From: Candidatus Velthaea sp.
Lineage (GTDB): Bacteria > Vulcanimicrobiota > Vulcanimicrobiia > Vulcanimicrobiales > Vulcanimicrobiaceae
Length of the DNA: 46,163 nucleotides
Reading direction: 5' to 3'
Assembly (NCBI GenBank): GCA_050012475.1
Contig: JBEKHC010000053.1
Location: forward strand, 1 to 46,163
A program made the position numbers and the translations under genes. The notes beneath the pieces were generated by a model. The model had not been told where the DNA came from. It searched no databases and was given only the letters and a program-made list of their open reading frames with translations. Below are positions 1-8,977 of the stretch, piece after piece. Numbering within the stretch: the first letter of the stretch is position 1; every line of letters begins with the position of its first letter.

Positions 1-55
1 GCGCCTTGCGGCGCGCTTCGATAGAGGAATCTTCCACAACTATACACGTTTTTCG

Positions 56-2125
56 CTATGGCGCAAGCGATGCCGGCGGCACCGGGGCAGCCTGCCCAAG
101 CGACGCCGGCGGCGCGGCGGAGGGCGGCGCGTCCGGATGGCGCGGCAGCGGTGCCGTCAGCGATCCACGGCGAACCGCCGTGTACGTTCGTTCGGTACAC
201 GGGAAAACCACGGTTTGAACCTCGGCCTCCCCGCCGTTGTCGTGACGCACGACGGAGGAGTTCGCGTTCGTCGCGACGCCGCCGCCAATGCCCGCGCTGC
301 CGGCGACCGGACCGACTTCATGCACGGTTTGGTTCGGATGTTCGACGATCTTCCAAGCGCGGCACATCGTGATCGGTCCGATCCTGAACGTATCGTAGAC
401 GTACGCAATCGAGTCGGGCCGGATCGCCGTCCGCCGCTCGTAGATGAAACCGAACGTCCGGCTGAGGATGTCGGGGGGCGGTGCCAAGCGCGCCTCGTAG
501 GCCGCCACGGCCGCGTCGAGCACGCTTTGCGCATCGCCGATCGCGACGCGCTTGGGCCGATAATCGACCTCGCCGCCGACATTGAGATTCTTGAGCCGGT
601 CGTTGAGGGAGCCGAGGCCCCCGGCGGGCGAGCGTACCGGCGCCGGCACGCCCGCAACTCCAGCCGACGGCGCCTCAGCGGCAACGGTGGCGCCGGTGGG
701 CGTCCCGCGCTTGCCGGGAGGGGTCGCCCCGGCACGGCCGGCAGCCGGTGGTGACACGGGCGCCGCCGATGGGGCGGTATGCACCGAGGGCCGTTGGGCT
801 GAAAGCGGTGCGTAGGCGCTCGGGGCAGCCGTCGGAGCCGCGGTCGCGGCCAGCGTCGGAGCCACCGCCGGAACTGGGAGCGCCTTCGGAGCTTTTGTAG
901 GCGTAGCCGTCGGCGTCGCGGTCGACGCGAGCGTTGGTGCCACGGTCGGCGCGAGTGTTGGGGCCAAGGTCGGGGCGAGCGTCGGCGCGAGCGTCGGCGC
1001 CGCGGTCGGCGCCACGGTTGGAGCGATAGTCGGCGCAACAGTCGGAGCGAGCGTCGGCGCAGCCGTCGGGGCGACGGTCGGTGCCACCGTCGAGGCGAGC
1101 GTCGGAACAACCGTCGGCGCCATCGTGGGGACGCGGGTCGGCGGCGTCGTTAACACCGGCGCCGGAGGTAACGGCGGCGCGACGGTCGGCGCCGCCGACG
1201 GAGCGATCGTCGGTATCGCCGGCGCTTGCGTTCGGGGCGGCGCCGGAGCAGCCGACGGGGTTGCGATATCCCGCGGAACTGCGCTCGGTGCGGCCGCCGC
1301 CGACAGAATCGCCACGCTTGACGGCGGCCGCGGTGCGACCGCTGGCGGCAGGGCAGCCGCGGAAGCCGGTGCGAGGGTCGGGAGCGCGGCGGCGGCCTTC
1401 GGCAACTCGGAAACGTTGACGACTTCGGACCGCGCAAGCGGTGGCTCGGGCTGCGGCGGCGCGCTCGGCTCGAGACGTCCGGGGGCCGCGAGCGGCTCCC
1501 GTCGCGCAGCGCCGGCAGAGACGTGCGCGAGCTCGCGCGGTTCCGCCCCCGAAGCGGGAATCGCCTTGACGCTCCGCGTCTCTCGAGGCGGCGCCCCCGG
1601 CGTGTGCACCGGCAGAACCGCGACCGACGCCGCTCGATGCACAGCGATGGGGATCGCCGCTGAAGCCACACTACGAGCCGCCGAAGGCAACTCGGGGCGA
1701 ACCACCGCGGACTCCGAAGAACGAGCCACCGCGGACGCAGTAGAGCCAATCGCCGCGGGCACCGTCGAGCGGATCGCCGAAGGCGCTGCCGAGCGAACCG
1801 CCGATGGCGCCGTCGAGCGAATCGCCAAGGGCGCCGTCGAGCGAACCACCGAGGGCGGCGCAGAGCGAACCGCCGAGGGCACGGGAGCCGGCGCTGCCGG
1901 ACGCGGCGTTTCCGGCGGAGCGGCCGAAACGCGGACGGGCGCGTCCGGGCCGGTCGCCAACTCTGGCCGAATGACGGTAATATCGCCCGGTGCGGCGATT
2001 TCGGTCGAGTCCGGGACGATCGTGACCGAAAGCAAGACGAGAACCAAGAACGCCAGCGCGTGAACGGCGAGCGAAAGACCGTAGCTTGCCGCCCAGCGGC
2101 GGCGGCGGCCGGGATCAGAGTTCAC
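56..2125 (-). CDS. TonB/TolA-like single-pass membrane protein with very long Pro/Ala/Thr-rich spacer and unknown C-terminal domain
   Basis: 689 aa ORF with GTG start. Basic N-terminus (RRRRW), then a TM helix SLAVHALAFLVLVLLS with S-x3-H-x6-L-x3-S spacing. Roughly 450 aa of low-complexity sequence with PT[LVI]A and SAVRSxAP repeats. Globular C-terminal region with two Cys. Confidence 0.7.
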   Translation of the reverse strand: MNSDPGRRRRWAASYGLSLAVHALAFLVLVLLSVTIVPDSTEIAAPGDITVIRPELATGPDAPVRVSAAPPETPRPAAPAPVPSAVRSAPPSVVRSTAPLAIRSTAPSAVRSAAPSAIRSTVPAAIGSTASAVARSSESAVVRPELPSAARSVASAAIPIAVHRAASVAVLPVHTPGAPPRETRSVKAIPASGAEPRELAHVSAGAARREPLAAPGRLEPSAPPQPEPPLARSEVVNVSELPKAAAALPTLAPASAAALPPAVAPRPPSSVAILSAAAAPSAVPRDIATPSAAPAPPRTQAPAIPTIAPSAAPTVAPPLPPAPVLTTPPTRVPTMAPTVVPTLASTVAPTVAPTAAPTLAPTVAPTIAPTVAPTAAPTLAPTLAPTLAPTLAPTVAPTLASTATPTATPTKAPKALPVPAVAPTLAATAAPTAAPSAYAPLSAQRPSVHTAPSAAPVSPPAAGRAGATPPGKRGTPTGATVAAEAPSAGVAGVPAPVRSPAGGLGSLNDRLKNLNVGGEVDYRPKRVAIGDAQSVLDAAVAAYEARLAPPPDILSRTFGFIYERRTAIRPDSIAYVYDTFRIGPITMCRAWKIVEHPNQTVHEVGPVAGSAGIGGGVATNANSSVVRHDNGGEAEVQTVVFPCTERTYTAVRRGSLTAPLPRHPDAPPSAAPPASLGQAAPVPPASLAP
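830..1200 (-). repeat. Intragenic 12-bp (PTxA tetrapeptide) tandem repeats
   Basis: Translation reads APTVAPTAAPTLAPTVAPTIAPTVAPTAAPTLAPTLAPTLAPTLA...; boundaries approximate. Confidence 0.85.
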
Positions 2126-2166
2126 GCGCTGCAGACGTCGTCAGGCCGCCGGGACGCGACGGCAGC

Positions 2167-3171
2167 TCAGCGTTTGCCGGGACGGCGTTTCCAAAGTGTG
2201 CGAACCAAGTCGAAGCTGCGTCGCCCGGCCCCGCTTCGGCACGCTCTCGCGCCCGCCAATGCGACGCGCGTACTCAACGTGGGCCGTGCCGCCAAGCTTT
2301 TGGCCAAGTTTTGTTCGGCATCGTCGAACAAACCCGAACGTGCTTGCTTCATCCCCAATTGGTAAAACCGCAGATACTCCGTTTCCGCGATGTACCGCAC
2401 GTCGGCTTGCGGATAGCGCTGCGGCGCTTCCGCAACGCGCTTGGCAACCTCGAAAAAGCCCGCCATCATGCGGGTTGCGTTCGATGTTGCCTGCGCGGGG
2501 TGTTGGCGATACAGGAGCAGCGGGCGGAGAATGACGACTGCGGGAACGATCGCGAACAAGCGAAGACAAAACTCGTAGTCTTCGGTCACCCGAAGCGATT
2601 CGTCGAATCCGCCGACCGCCAATGCATCGGCGCGGCGCACGAGCAGCGAGGACGGCAAAATATAGCTGCCGTACAGCACGGGCCGATCGCTTGCGGATGT
2701 GAACACGATCTCCTTGCGGCCGATCGCGAACCCCGCGGACCGCAGAAACGCCGGGCGGCGGCGCAATTCACTTTTCCAGCGATGCACGCCGCCATCGTCG
2801 ATGACGCGAAAATCGGTGAACGAGAACGCCGGTCCGGTATGCGCGGCGAGAGCCCCGAGCTGCACCGCAAGTTTGTCGGGAGCCCAAACGTCGTCGGCAT
2901 CGAGATACGCGACAAAGTCGCCGCCGGCTTCCTGAACGCCCGCATTGCGCGCCGCTGACGGTCCCTTATTAGCTAAGGTGATGACGCGGGCACCGAAGGA
3001 ACGGGCGATGTCCGCGGTCGCGTCGGTCGAGCCGTCGTCGACGACGATCACTTCACCCGGGGGAGCTGACTGAGCGGAGACGCTTTGCAAAGCCTCCGCC
3101 AGATGCGAAGCAGCGTTGTAGGCGGGGATGACCACCGACACGCCGCGCGCGCTTACGGGTTCAGTCGCCAT
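2167..3171 (-). CDS. Glycosyltransferase family 2
   Basis: VSVVIPAYNA, VVDDGSTD, GPSAARNAG, YLDADD, GGFDESL..EDYE motifs. ATG at 3171 overlaps the stop of the upstream GT-C. Confidence 0.92.
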   Translation of the reverse strand: MATEPVSARGVSVVIPAYNAASHLAEALQSVSAQSAPPGEVIVVDDGSTDATADIARSFGARVITLANKGPSAARNAGVQEAGGDFVAYLDADDVWAPDKLAVQLGALAAHTGPAFSFTDFRVIDDGGVHRWKSELRRRPAFLRSAGFAIGRKEIVFTSASDRPVLYGSYILPSSLLVRRADALAVGGFDESLRVTEDYEFCLRLFAIVPAVVILRPLLLYRQHPAQATSNATRMMAGFFEVAKRVAEAPQRYPQADVRYIAETEYLRFYQLGMKQARSGLFDDAEQNLAKSLAARPTLSTRVALAGARACRSGAGRRSFDLVRTLWKRRPGKR

Positions 3172-4720
3172 CGTGTACCGGCTGCAGCGACGACACCGGC
3201 GCGAGCCGCTCGAAGAGCCGCGCGACGCTGCCGCGAAACTCGACCCGGCGCACGAGTCGATACCTATTCTGCAGGTATGCTTCCAAATAGCCGCAGTTAT
3301 AGGCGTAAACCGAAACGTTCGCTGCCGGACACTCGTCTTTGGTGACCAGCCAGAAGTTCGGCGACACGGACCGCAGGGGATCGAGAACTTGCGCGACGTC
3401 GGCCTCGGAATGCAGCGTCGTGGCGCCGACGTAGTCGAGGCTGAACGGCATCGGCCGCGGGATCGGGATGGTCGTCCGGGGCAGATACACGTGTAGCGGC
3501 AACGCCGATTCGGCGGGGAACACGGCGATCGGAACCGCCGGATCGGTCGCCGCGAGGAACGTTGCGACGCGCTGCCAATCACCGAGTTTCGCCAACGGCG
3601 GCCGGTAGCTTTCCCACAGCGACGTACCGGCGAACACCGCAAAGACCACGACCCCGGCGGCAACCGTAACCAGCCTCCGGCGGGTCAGCCCGGCCAGCAG
3701 CACGACGCTTAAGATGACCGACGGCGGGAACAGCACCATCAAGTGACGCATCGGGTCGAGCGGAACGCCCGAAAACGCAAACAAAAGGGTGAAGACCGCG
3801 AGGCAAAAGACCCATTGCAGCACCGCTGCGCGAGCCGGACTGCCACGCAGAACGGGGCGCCCCACGGCGAAAAGCGTCGCGATCAAGATTGCCGCCAGGG
3901 CGAAGCCGGCCAGTTTTACGCTTCCAGACCAATTGATATCGTGCGGAAGGATGAACGCGAAGGCGACGTTCGCGAGTTCGTGCGCCGCCTTGAGGAAGGA
4001 CACGTGTGAAACGAAGGGTCCGCTCGCCTCAACATCGATCATCGCCACGCGGGCAAACGGGGCAAAGCCAAGGGCGACGAGCGCCATCGAAACGATGAAA
4101 CCGCGCAACACGCTGCGGCGCATCGCGACCAGTACCAGGCACTGCGCCAACAGCACGAAGCCGACGTAGTACTGCGTGTACAAGCCGGCCAACGCCACGA
4201 GTGTGTAGACCACGCGCGCTCGGCGCGACCGCGGCGCCAGCAGGAAGGCTTCGACAAACGACCAGGAAAGGGCGGCCCCGACGAACAGGACGAGCGCATA
4301 CACGCGCATTTCCGCCGCCGCCCAAACGAACACCGGATTGAGCGCGCTCAACAGGGCGACGAGCGCGGGCGGAAAACGCGGCGCGATCCGGTGCATCGCC
4401 AAGACGATGACGGCGACCGTCGCGGCAGCGAAAAACACCGATGGCAGGCGCGCGAACGCGATCGAGGTCTCGTTTGCCAGCCGCCAGCAAGCCTCGATGA
4501 CGAAATACAGCGGCGGCTGATCCTCGAATCGAACGACGCGTCCCCAAGCCTCGAGCGGCCCGGCTCCCGTGGTCCAGAGTGTGAAGGCCTCGTCGCCCCA
4601 AATGTTGAGGATCGCGCCTAGGACAACGCCTGCGACGACGATCGCGCAAGCACCCAGCGCAGCCGCCCACAACGCTGTCCGGTCGTCGACCGCAACAAGC
4701 CAGCGGGCGCGGCCCGGCAT
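3161..4720 (-). CDS. GT-C fold membrane glycosyltransferase (GT39/PMT_2-like)
   Basis: Many TM helices; WGDEAFT, EDQPPLYF, ARLPS, EMRVYAL, GLYTQY motifs. Start uncertain (4720 or 4804). Confidence 0.82.
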   Translation of the reverse strand: MPGRARWLVAVDDRTALWAAALGACAIVVAGVVLGAILNIWGDEAFTLWTTGAGPLEAWGRVVRFEDQPPLYFVIEACWRLANETSIAFARLPSVFFAAATVAVIVLAMHRIAPRFPPALVALLSALNPVFVWAAAEMRVYALVLFVGAALSWSFVEAFLLAPRSRRARVVYTLVALAGLYTQYYVGFVLLAQCLVLVAMRRSVLRGFIVSMALVALGFAPFARVAMIDVEASGPFVSHVSFLKAAHELANVAFAFILPHDINWSGSVKLAGFALAAILIATLFAVGRPVLRGSPARAAVLQWVFCLAVFTLLFAFSGVPLDPMRHLMVLFPPSVILSVVLLAGLTRRRLVTVAAGVVVFAVFAGTSLWESYRPPLAKLGDWQRVATFLAATDPAVPIAVFPAESALPLHVYLPRTTIPIPRPMPFSLDYVGATTLHSEADVAQVLDPLRSVSPNFWLVTKDECPAANVSVYAYNCGYLEAYLQNRYRLVRRVEFRGSVARLFERLAPVSSLQPVHDGD

Positions 4721-4850
4721 GTCGGAGACGCGCCGGCGTAATGCCGGCTCAATCGCCGATCGGCCGCCGCTTTCCACGCCTAGCACGCCTACCGGTGACC
4801 GCATCGGAAGAGCGCGGGCCGGTCCCGTGCCATGAAGTGCATCGGCGAAA

Positions 4851-5837
4851 TCAGTAGATTCGCTCGGCGCAGAGGGTCCGGAACGCGTCGATCGCGAGCG
4901 CAGCCGTCCGCTCGAGATGGTGCCGTCCGCCACCCATGTGAGCGGCGGTGACGATCGAGAGTCCGGGCACCGAACTGTTGAATGAAGCCAGCCGGCGCCG
5001 CGCAAAAGCGTGCGGCATGCGGATGACGCGGGCACTCGTGATGTCGGAACCGCCGGGCAGCGCGCGGGCAAAATGTTCGATGACGTCCCGATCGTTCGCT
5101 CCGAAGAGCGCGTCATCCGCCGCCAGCGGCCGGGTGACGTACACCAAGCTGCGCCGGCTGGCGTCGGCCGGGTTGAGCGCCGAGGGGTCCATCAAGGCGA
5201 AGTGGTCGCGGCCGCGCGTCACGTGGGTGATATACCGCGCGGACGAGTTCTTGGACCGCAGCGGCTTCAAGACGAACGAAACGTTGATGATCCCGATGTA
5301 GTCGACGTCGACGAGCGAGGCCCGTTCGCGATCGGGAAGGTTTGCGAGCAGCCGTGAGGCTTCGGGCGAGGGGACCGTCAGGACGACTTCGTCGAACTCG
5401 CCGATTTCGCTCCCCGTGTCGACCCGGAAACCTGCGCCATCACTTGAAATCGAACGCACCGGCGTTCCCACCTGGAGGTCGACCTCGATCGCTCGCGCCC
5501 GATCCCGCAGCGTCTCGAGAATGCGCGCGCGTCCGCCCACGATCGCTCCGAAGCGCAAGCCGTTGATCCGGGCCGTATCCCAGTGGACGCTCGACGCGAG
5601 GTCCAGCTCGTGGAGCAGCGCCAGGAGCGAGCGGTCTCGAGAGGCAATCGCGGCGTGCCCCCGGCGCTCCACCCGTTCGGCGGCCTCAAAAACGGTCACG
5701 ATTCTGCCTGCTTGCCTGTACCTTAAGGCAAGCGTGGTGCCGAGCATGCCGCCACCGATGATCGCAACGCGCGACCCATGCCGGGTTTGAAAGGATCTGG
5801 TTTCGCCCAGCGCTTCGATCACGGATACTGTCCCCAT
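4851..5837 (-). CDS. FAD-dependent oxidoreductase (amine oxidase/protoporphyrinogen oxidase-like), unusually short
   Basis: VAIIGGGMLG...VTVFE dinucleotide-binding motif and FDEVVLTVP; about 328 aa. Confidence 0.7.
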   Translation of the reverse strand: MGTVSVIEALGETRSFQTRHGSRVAIIGGGMLGTTLALRYRQAGRIVTVFEAAERVERRGHAAIASRDRSLLALLHELDLASSVHWDTARINGLRFGAIVGGRARILETLRDRARAIEVDLQVGTPVRSISSDGAGFRVDTGSEIGEFDEVVLTVPSPEASRLLANLPDRERASLVDVDYIGIINVSFVLKPLRSKNSSARYITHVTRGRDHFALMDPSALNPADASRRSLVYVTRPLAADDALFGANDRDVIEHFARALPGGSDITSARVIRMPHAFARRRLASFNSSVPGLSIVTAAHMGGGRHHLERTAALAIDAFRTLCAERIY

Positions 5838-5966
5838 ATCATCAGTGTGCGCGATATGCGCGGCAAATAACCGGGCGCATGGGCGAGGGGTGCAGGACTT
5901 GTGGCCCCAGCCGTGAGCAGACAAACGGCACGGATATTTTTGGATCGACGGGAAATACGACAGGGG

Positions 5967-7307
5967 ATGGCCACTGCTGCTGCGTCCTTTGCCGCTTCGC
6001 GAACCCATAGCCGGGCTTGGTCCGCGGCGCTGTTCGTGATGGATTCGATCTTCATTACACTGGCTGCGGTCATTGCGAACCGCATCCACGCCTTACCGAT
6101 ACCCGTGCTCGTCGCAACCGCACTGGCGTCGCTGGCTTTGCTTGCAATCGCCGGCACGTACCGCCGCTCGTTCAGCGGCTCGATGCGCGACGAATGGTAT
6201 GCGATCGGCGCGGCACTCGCGCTCGTCGCGATACCGATGATGCTGCTGACCTTCATCGTGCCGGCCTTGTGGTACTCACGTACGGCGATCGGCACGTTTG
6301 CCGGAATTGCTTTTCTCGGTATCGCCGCGACCCGGTCGGTCGCGCATCGCACGCGCGTGCCACGACGGCTGGCAATCGTCGGCGTACCCGAACGCATCGA
6401 CCTGGCACTCTTGCATTTGCGTCCGCGGCGCGATGATTCTTTGTTGCGGCTGCCGGTTGTGAATATCGAATCGACGTTCCAGAGCGATCGCTCAACGCCG
6501 CCTTGGATGCAAGGTGCGCTGGCATGGGGAGCGACCCGCATCATCGTGACCGAAGCTCTCCCGCCCGACCAGCTGCTCAATCTCATGGAGAACGCCGCGC
6601 GCCACGGCGCGACCATCGCGATATCGCCGCCGCGGCTGCGGTCGCATGCGTACAAGATGCATCTCGAGCGTGAAGGTGGATTGTCGCTCCTTTGCGTGCG
6701 CCCGTTACCAATTTTGACTCCGGCCGCGCAGGTATACAAGAGAGCATTTGACCTGGTCCTCAGCGTGCCTGCGGTCATGCTGCTCCTTCCCGTGTTCATC
6801 ATTTGCGCATTGGCGGTGCGAATCGAGACGCCCGGGCCGGTAATTTTTCGCCAGGCGCGGCTCGGGAAGAACGGCAAAAGTTTCGATATTCTCAAGTTCC
6901 GCTCGATGCCGATCGATGCCGAATCGAAAACCGGTCCAGTCTGGGCAAATCCCGCGATTTCGCGGCCGACACGCGTCGGTAAATTTCTGCGCCGCACCAG
7001 CATGGACGAACTTCCACAGTTCTTCAACGTTCTGCGCGGCGAAATGTCTCTGGTCGGGCCCCGGCCGGAGCGTGCTCACTTCGTCGAGCGTTTTCGCCAC
7101 TTGCCGCGCTACGATGACCGCCTGCTCGTTGCACCGGGGATTACCGGCTGGTCGCAAATCGGCATGTCGCGCATCCTGACGACCGACAAGATCGGATTGC
7201 GCCTCGAGGGAGATCTCTTCTACCTGGAGGAGTGGTCGCCGCTGCTCGACGCACAGATCCTCGTCAAGACCGCCTTCGAATTTTTATTCCACTGGGTTCC
7301 GCAATAG
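5967..7307 (+). CDS. Priming polyprenyl-phosphate glycosylphosphotransferase (WcaJ/CpsE family)
   Basis: Four N-terminal TMs, then KRAFD, FRQARLG, KFRSM, DELPQFFNVLRGEMSLVGPRPE, PGITGWSQ. Confidence 0.95.
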   Translation: MATAAASFAASRTHSRAWSAALFVMDSIFITLAAVIANRIHALPIPVLVATALASLALLAIAGTYRRSFSGSMRDEWYAIGAALALVAIPMMLLTFIVPALWYSRTAIGTFAGIAFLGIAATRSVAHRTRVPRRLAIVGVPERIDLALLHLRPRRDDSLLRLPVVNIESTFQSDRSTPPWMQGALAWGATRIIVTEALPPDQLLNLMENAARHGATIAISPPRLRSHAYKMHLEREGGLSLLCVRPLPILTPAAQVYKRAFDLVLSVPAVMLLLPVFIICALAVRIETPGPVIFRQARLGKNGKSFDILKFRSMPIDAESKTGPVWANPAISRPTRVGKFLRRTSMDELPQFFNVLRGEMSLVGPRPERAHFVERFRHLPRYDDRLLVAPGITGWSQIGMSRILTTDKIGLRLEGDLFYLEEWSPLLDAQILVKTAFEFLFHWVPQ

Positions 7308-7468
7308 CCGCAGCGGCTACAGCGGCCAACAAAACCCATAAGCGGCGATATCCGGCGTTCGGCCGCAGCCCGAACAACGCCGGTTCGATCGATCTCAGCC
7401 ATCCAGCCCGTGGCCGACCGGCCTGAGGCGGCTTCCCGCCTCCATGTGCAAAGCGTTAGGACAAAGTA

Positions 7469-8773
7469 ATGAATTCTCTGGCCCGCAACATTGTCCGGAC
7501 GTTCTCAACGCAAGTCGGCTGTCAATTCATGGGAATCGTCTTAGGTGTCGTCGTGGCCCGGTCGATCGGCCCGGCGGGGAAGGGGTTCTTCAGCTACGCC
7601 GCGATGGGCGTCAGCTTCGTCTCCGTTTTCTTCTACGGCTTCAGCGACGCGGTGCTGCTCCAGTTCGGCAAAAGGCAGGAAGGGGCACGCGCCGTCCACG
7701 CCGTGACGATCCGCATCCTGGCCATTATCCTCGCGGTCGTGATCCCCGTTTTCGTGGCTGTTGCCGTGCTCGTTCCTTCACAACGGCCGCTCGCCGCAGC
7801 CGCTGCGGCGTTGCCGTTCGCGATGTACGTCCAAATGATGACGCCGTTCATCATGGTGCGGGATAACCTCAAGCTGCTCAATTTCATTTCGATCGTTCAG
7901 AGCATGGGGACCGCGCTGTGTACGATTCCGCTGCTGCTCTTCGCGCATCTTGGCCTGAGCGCGGTGATCGGCGTCTGGCTCTTTTTCTATGCCCTTGCAG
8001 GTTGGCAAGCAGCCCGTGCGATGCGGCCGATCCTCCAATCCTCACCGCCTCTCCGGCATGCGCGCGCGTTGATGGGCGAGCAATGGCACTTCGGCTTGCG
8101 GGCCGCCGGCAGTTCGACCGCCGGTTTCCTCAACATGCGCATCTCGATCTTCTTGGTGAGTTTCATGTTCGCGCCCGCGGCGCTGGGTTGGTACACGCTT
8201 GCAATCGGAACCGGCGAACTGCTTTGGCAAGTTAGCCGCGCCTTCGGCTGGTCGGCGCTTGGCCGGATCGGATCCGACCCGCTGCCGGAAGCCGCGGCGC
8301 TGGTCGCACGGGTCACGCGCAACACGCTGGCAATCGTCGGCAGCCTCGGGATCGTGGCATTCATCATCGGGCCGTGGGCGATCGTTCACGTGTACGGCGA
8401 AGGATTTGCGCCCGCCGGAGCGGCCTTGCGCTGGGCGCTGCCGGGCCTTGTCGCCTACGCAGCAGAAGTCTCGCTGACCAAATTCATCATCCTGCAGCTG
8501 ACTCGGCCGCTGACCATCGTCTGGGTTCAAGTCGGCGCGGCGCTCCTGTGCGCGGCCACGACGATCGGCTTTGCCGGCCGTTTTGGAATCGTCGCGGCTG
8601 CCGCATCGACATCCGTCACCTACCTTTTAGTGACGATCGTTTTGCTGACCATCTTCACGCGCGGCACGGGCGTACCGCTGGCTCGGCTGCTGATCATCCA
8701 GCGAGAAGACCTTCATCATTACACCGGCATGCTCCAGACGATGCTGCGCACGCTGCGCGTTCGATCCGCATGA
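7469..8773 (+). CDS. wzx: Wzx-type polysaccharide flippase
   Basis: 434 aa polytopic membrane protein; ARSIGPAGKG, LGWYTLA, VYGEGFAPA and GIVAAAAS motifs of the MOP family. Confidence 0.85.
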   Translation: MNSLARNIVRTFSTQVGCQFMGIVLGVVVARSIGPAGKGFFSYAAMGVSFVSVFFYGFSDAVLLQFGKRQEGARAVHAVTIRILAIILAVVIPVFVAVAVLVPSQRPLAAAAAALPFAMYVQMMTPFIMVRDNLKLLNFISIVQSMGTALCTIPLLLFAHLGLSAVIGVWLFFYALAGWQAARAMRPILQSSPPLRHARALMGEQWHFGLRAAGSSTAGFLNMRISIFLVSFMFAPAALGWYTLAIGTGELLWQVSRAFGWSALGRIGSDPLPEAAALVARVTRNTLAIVGSLGIVAFIIGPWAIVHVYGEGFAPAGAALRWALPGLVAYAAEVSLTKFIILQLTRPLTIVWVQVGAALLCAATTIGFAGRFGIVAAAASTSVTYLLVTIVLLTIFTRGTGVPLARLLIIQREDLHHYTGMLQTMLRTLRVRSA

Positions 8774-8977
8774 TGCGGCGGGCGAGCGGGACGAAGTCAC
8801 GTTTTCAGCGTTTGCAGGGTACATCAGCGCTGCGGGACGTATGGCTCAAGCAAGCATGAGACAAACGCATCGGTTGAGCATCGGCGTCGAGGAAATCATC
8901 TGTTCGATGGTTTCATCGCCGGGCGTCGCGCTTGACTTTAGGCCGCATCGATCGTTTGGCGATCGGCGCGGCTTCGC

